Source: Hemiscyllium ocellatum (Eukaryota). Taken from it: a stretch of 64,000 nt of DNA. The notes beneath the pieces are model-generated. The model was not told the origin of the DNA, did no database searches, and saw only the letters and a program-made list of their open reading frames with translations. Each line of letters opens with the position of its first letter. Within the stretch, counting starts at the first letter, position 1. Made by a program: the position numbers and the translations under genes. This document shows, one piece after another, positions 62,531-64,000 of this stretch. Location of the stretch: assembly GCF_020745735.1 (NCBI RefSeq), contig NC_083425.1:33095575-33159574 (forward strand), read 5' to 3'.

Positions 62531-62589
62531 ACAATAGTTGGTGATCTTCCAGAGGGAGCTGATCTTGCAGATGTTGAGTGGAAAACCAA

Positions 62590-63490
62590 CATACTTGCAT
62601 GGTGATAATAAAAATAAAGCAAAGAACTGCAGATTCCAGAGATCTGAACCAGAAACAGAAATTATTGAAGAATTTAGCAGCATCTGTGGAAAGAGAGCAG
62701 AGTTAACATTTTGAGTGCCACCACTCTCCATCAGAACTGATAGCAGTTAGAAAAAAATGGCATTTATGCTAGAAAATGAGGTTAGGAGGAGGGGAGAAGT
62801 GACCAGATAGATGCAGGTGGAATCCAGAGAGCAAGAGAGTTAAGAAAATGAGTAAGTAGACAATGAGATTTTTTATAGTAGACCAGGACAGGGGAGAGAC
62901 TGAATAAATCATTGTCAATTGTTGGGAAAGTCTCATATGGTTCGTTAATGTCCTTTAGGGAAGGAAACTGCTATCCTTACCTGCTCTTGCCCACCTTTGA
63001 CTCCAGCAATGTGGTTGCTCCAACACGGCAGTGTGATTGACTCCGAACATGCCTCTGTATAATTACTGATAGTTATAAACACTAGCCCAGCCAGTGACGC
63101 TCTCAACCTGTGAATGATTTTTATTTTAAAAGTGATTATGAAAATTGGGAGTAATAGAGAATGAGTAGGCTGTGCTGAAACTAACTCAAATTGTAAAAAA
63201 CCCAGGATGCGGTTATAGATTAAAAAAATAGAAGGATAGAAACAGGAAGGAATGCTATTGAACTCAACGTTGAGTCCTATAGGCTGCAAGGTCCCTAAGC
63301 AGAAAATGAGATACTGTTCTTCAGGTTTACACTGAGTCTCGCTGGAGCACTGCAGCAAGTGTGAGACAGAAATGTTGGAAGGGAAACATGGTGGTTCGTT
63401 GAAGAAGAAGGCAGCAGGAAAACCAAGGTCATATTTATGGCCAGAACATAAATGTTCACCAAAGCAATCACCCAGTCTGTGTTTCATCTT
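62590..63490 (-). mobile_element. Old Penelope-like fragments
   Basis: ORF 62945-63487 ...EEQYLIFCLGTLQPIGLNVEF (GIY-YIG C-terminus) plus tail fragments. Confidence 0.7.
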
Positions 63491-64000
63491 CCCACTTTAG
63501 AGGACAGCACACTGTGAACAGTTGTCATCATTACCAACAGGCTGGAGTTGCAGGATGGTAACAAATTTTGCTGGGCACATGTTTCTTGAAGCTAATAGTG
63601 GCTTTGTGGTTGATGGAATCAAAGGGCTTTGCCAGACCAATGAAGACTGTGAAGACCTGTTTGTATCATTTCAAGCCCTTTTCTTGGATTTGTCAAGCAG
63701 GAAAGATCATATTGGTGCTCCACCCAGATAACAAGAACCACACTGGATCTCTGGAAGGATGAAATCACTGACAGATAAGAGGTGGTTTAGGAGGAGTCAT
63801 CTGAGTGCTGCCCTCTTTGTGGACCGGAGGATATAATTTATAAGCAATTACCATAGAGTGAATCATCACTTGTCTTGAAAACTGAAATAGTGATTATATT
63901 TTGAAAGTCACGAGGTAGTAGCCCTCAGTTGAGATTTTTCATTACAGCTTCTGAGAGGTCATGACCACCAGCACCGTAGATCAGTGGGTCGGTGTGGACT

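Noticed and set aside
1-64000. Exons of the usual PD-L1 neighbours (PLGRKT, RIC1, JAK2); CRISPR arrays; rRNA
   Set aside because: None was recognised by eye. The DNA is eukaryotic, with no repeat-spacer array.

Overview
Repeat-rich eukaryotic DNA from a cartilaginous fish. The HE1/V-SINEs with (AATCT)n tails, CR1 LINEs and Penelope-like elements point to a shark, probably a carpet/bamboo-shark relative (inference). Two tandem minus-strand B7-family genes of the PD-L1/PD-L2 type can be built exon by exon from GT-AG sites with consistent phases. Gene A (CDS 21590->11215, 6 coding exons, 291 aa) and gene B (CDS 44263->33066, 5 coding exons, 273 aa) both run leader-IgV-IgC-TM-short tail. Each has a probable non-coding first exon in a CpG-enriched region carrying IRF/STAT-like motifs, plus an NF-kB-like site in gene A. 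The most striking observation is that both V domains lack the F-strand cysteine that is canonical in V-set domains. Both instead have an extra A-strand cysteine exactly 16 residues before the B-strand cysteine, and gene B carries many further cysteines. Most of the remaining sequence is transposon-derived: CR1 and L2/CR1-clade LINEs (one with a 5' inversion), an RTE, V-SINEs, solo LTRs, and three Penelope-like families. The Penelope ends carry minimal hammerhead ribozyme cores with covarying stems and repeatedly form about 200-bp TSD-flanked fold-backs. A 216-bp inverted duplication and a diverged copy of gene A's 5' region under a CCAAT/TATA promoter are also present. All gene models come from reading the sequence only; no searches were run.
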